From assembly GCF_000011465.1 (NCBI RefSeq), contig NC_005072.1:300001-332000 (forward strand): a stretch of 32,000 nucleotides of DNA, given 5' to 3'. This DNA is from Prochlorococcus marinus subsp. pastoris str. CCMP1986 (GTDB lineage: Bacteria; Cyanobacteriota; Cyanobacteriia; PCC-6307; Cyanobiaceae). A program made the translations under genes and the position numbers. This document shows positions 31,323 through 32,000 of this stretch, one piece after another. Below the pieces are notes generated by a model. The model was given only the letters and a program-made list of their open reading frames with translations, was not told where the DNA came from and did not search any database. Within the stretch, counting starts at the first letter, position 1. The number at the start of each line of letters is the position of its first letter.

Positions 31323-31770
31323 GATAAAAGTCTATCTAATTCATTATTAAAATCTATTATTAATATAATCTAATGATTTGAAAATATCATTTTATAAACT
31401 CGCTTTGTTACTCTTCAAAGAAGTTTATAAAAAATAATTGTAATTATTACTCCCTTAAAAAAAACTAACCAAAGTAGTTGGTAATCACTTAATTTTAATT
31501 TTTCTTGGTACCACTTAATGAGTATTTTGTGTCCTTTAATTATTCTTTTTATTAATTTCAAAATCTATTTTTTAGATAAGACTAACTTTATATCAAAACT
31601 GTATAGGATGGAAATGATAAATTAATAAATTTTGGTTATCAGTAAGTACAAATTTTTTAAATAAGTAATCACATTAAATCCAAATTATTTTTGGCTTTCT
31701 TATTCTTTTAAAAATTAGCTTTGCATAAATCAAACTAAATTACAAAAATGTAATTAACTTTTTTTTTATA

Positions 31771-32000
31771 ATGAAAATCTTATTATCAGTTTTTTTCTTA
31801 TTTGCCTTTATACCTCCATCAAAGGGAGTTACTACAAAAATGTTTAAAGTATTGGATACTTGTGCTAGATACCGTCTTGGAGAGATTGACGCTAAACAAG
31901 CTATAGAAAAACTAAAATTAAAATCTGTGAATTCTTCCGAAATTGACTTAAAAAATATTGTAAGTAATTACTGTTCTGTATTTACCCCAAATGAAAATAT
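31771..32000 (+). CDS. Secreted/exported hypothetical protein (5-prime part; runs off the window's right edge)
   Basis: ATG at 31771, open to the window end: MKILLSVFFLFAFIPPSKGVTTKMFKVLDTCARYRLGEIDAKQAIEKLKLKSVNSSEIDLKNIVSNYCSVFTPNEN. It has a signal-peptide-like N-terminus. Confidence 0.45.
   Translation, partial: MKILLSVFFLFAFIPPSKGVTTKMFKVLDTCARYRLGEIDAKQAIEKLKLKSVNSSEIDLKNIVSNYCSVFTPNEN

Overview
The window looks like a chromosomal segment of a high-light-adapted Prochlorococcus marinus. This rests on about 30 percent GC outside the rRNA genes, picocyanobacterial gene content and order, a single rrn operon with tRNA-Ile/tRNA-Ala in the spacer, and a short PTOX gene.

Bases 1-23300 are ordinary core genome:
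- rps1-like fragment, nrdR, psbT-psbB, a divergent 2Fe-2S ferredoxin-like gene, psbM, prmC, tsaC, tRNA-Thr
- minE-minD-minC, a SAMHD1-type HD hydrolase, ctpA, petB-petD, a GH100 neutral invertase
- the complete 16S / tRNA-Ile / tRNA-Ala / 23S / 5S operon
- mutM, psaE, a LysM protein, an aldehyde dehydrogenase, a rhomboid protease and a GNAT acetyltransferase

Bases 23300-31300 are accessory-like and dense in very small ORFs, several below the 60 aa cutoff of the ORF track and found by hand translation. They include:
- an HLIP-like 44 aa ORF with no ATG start
- a poly-glutamine micro-ORF built on a (YTG)11 repeat
- single-helix membrane peptides
- a truncated NdhF/NuoL N-terminal-like ORF whose stop codon overlaps that of PTOX
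- a carotenoid-isomerase/phytoene-desaturase-family oxidoreductase flanked by micro membrane ORFs and a fibrillin-like ORF
- a standalone Nif11-domain protein
- tatA, overlapping an unknown Cys/His-containing ORF

I see no CRISPR array, transposase, integrase, restriction-modification system or recognisable defence system. The best candidate for something under-described is the light-stress / plastoquinone-pool micro-protein islet around PTOX (about 23.6-27.6 kb). That is a hypothesis from motif recognition only. All family assignments are from recalled motifs, with no database search.
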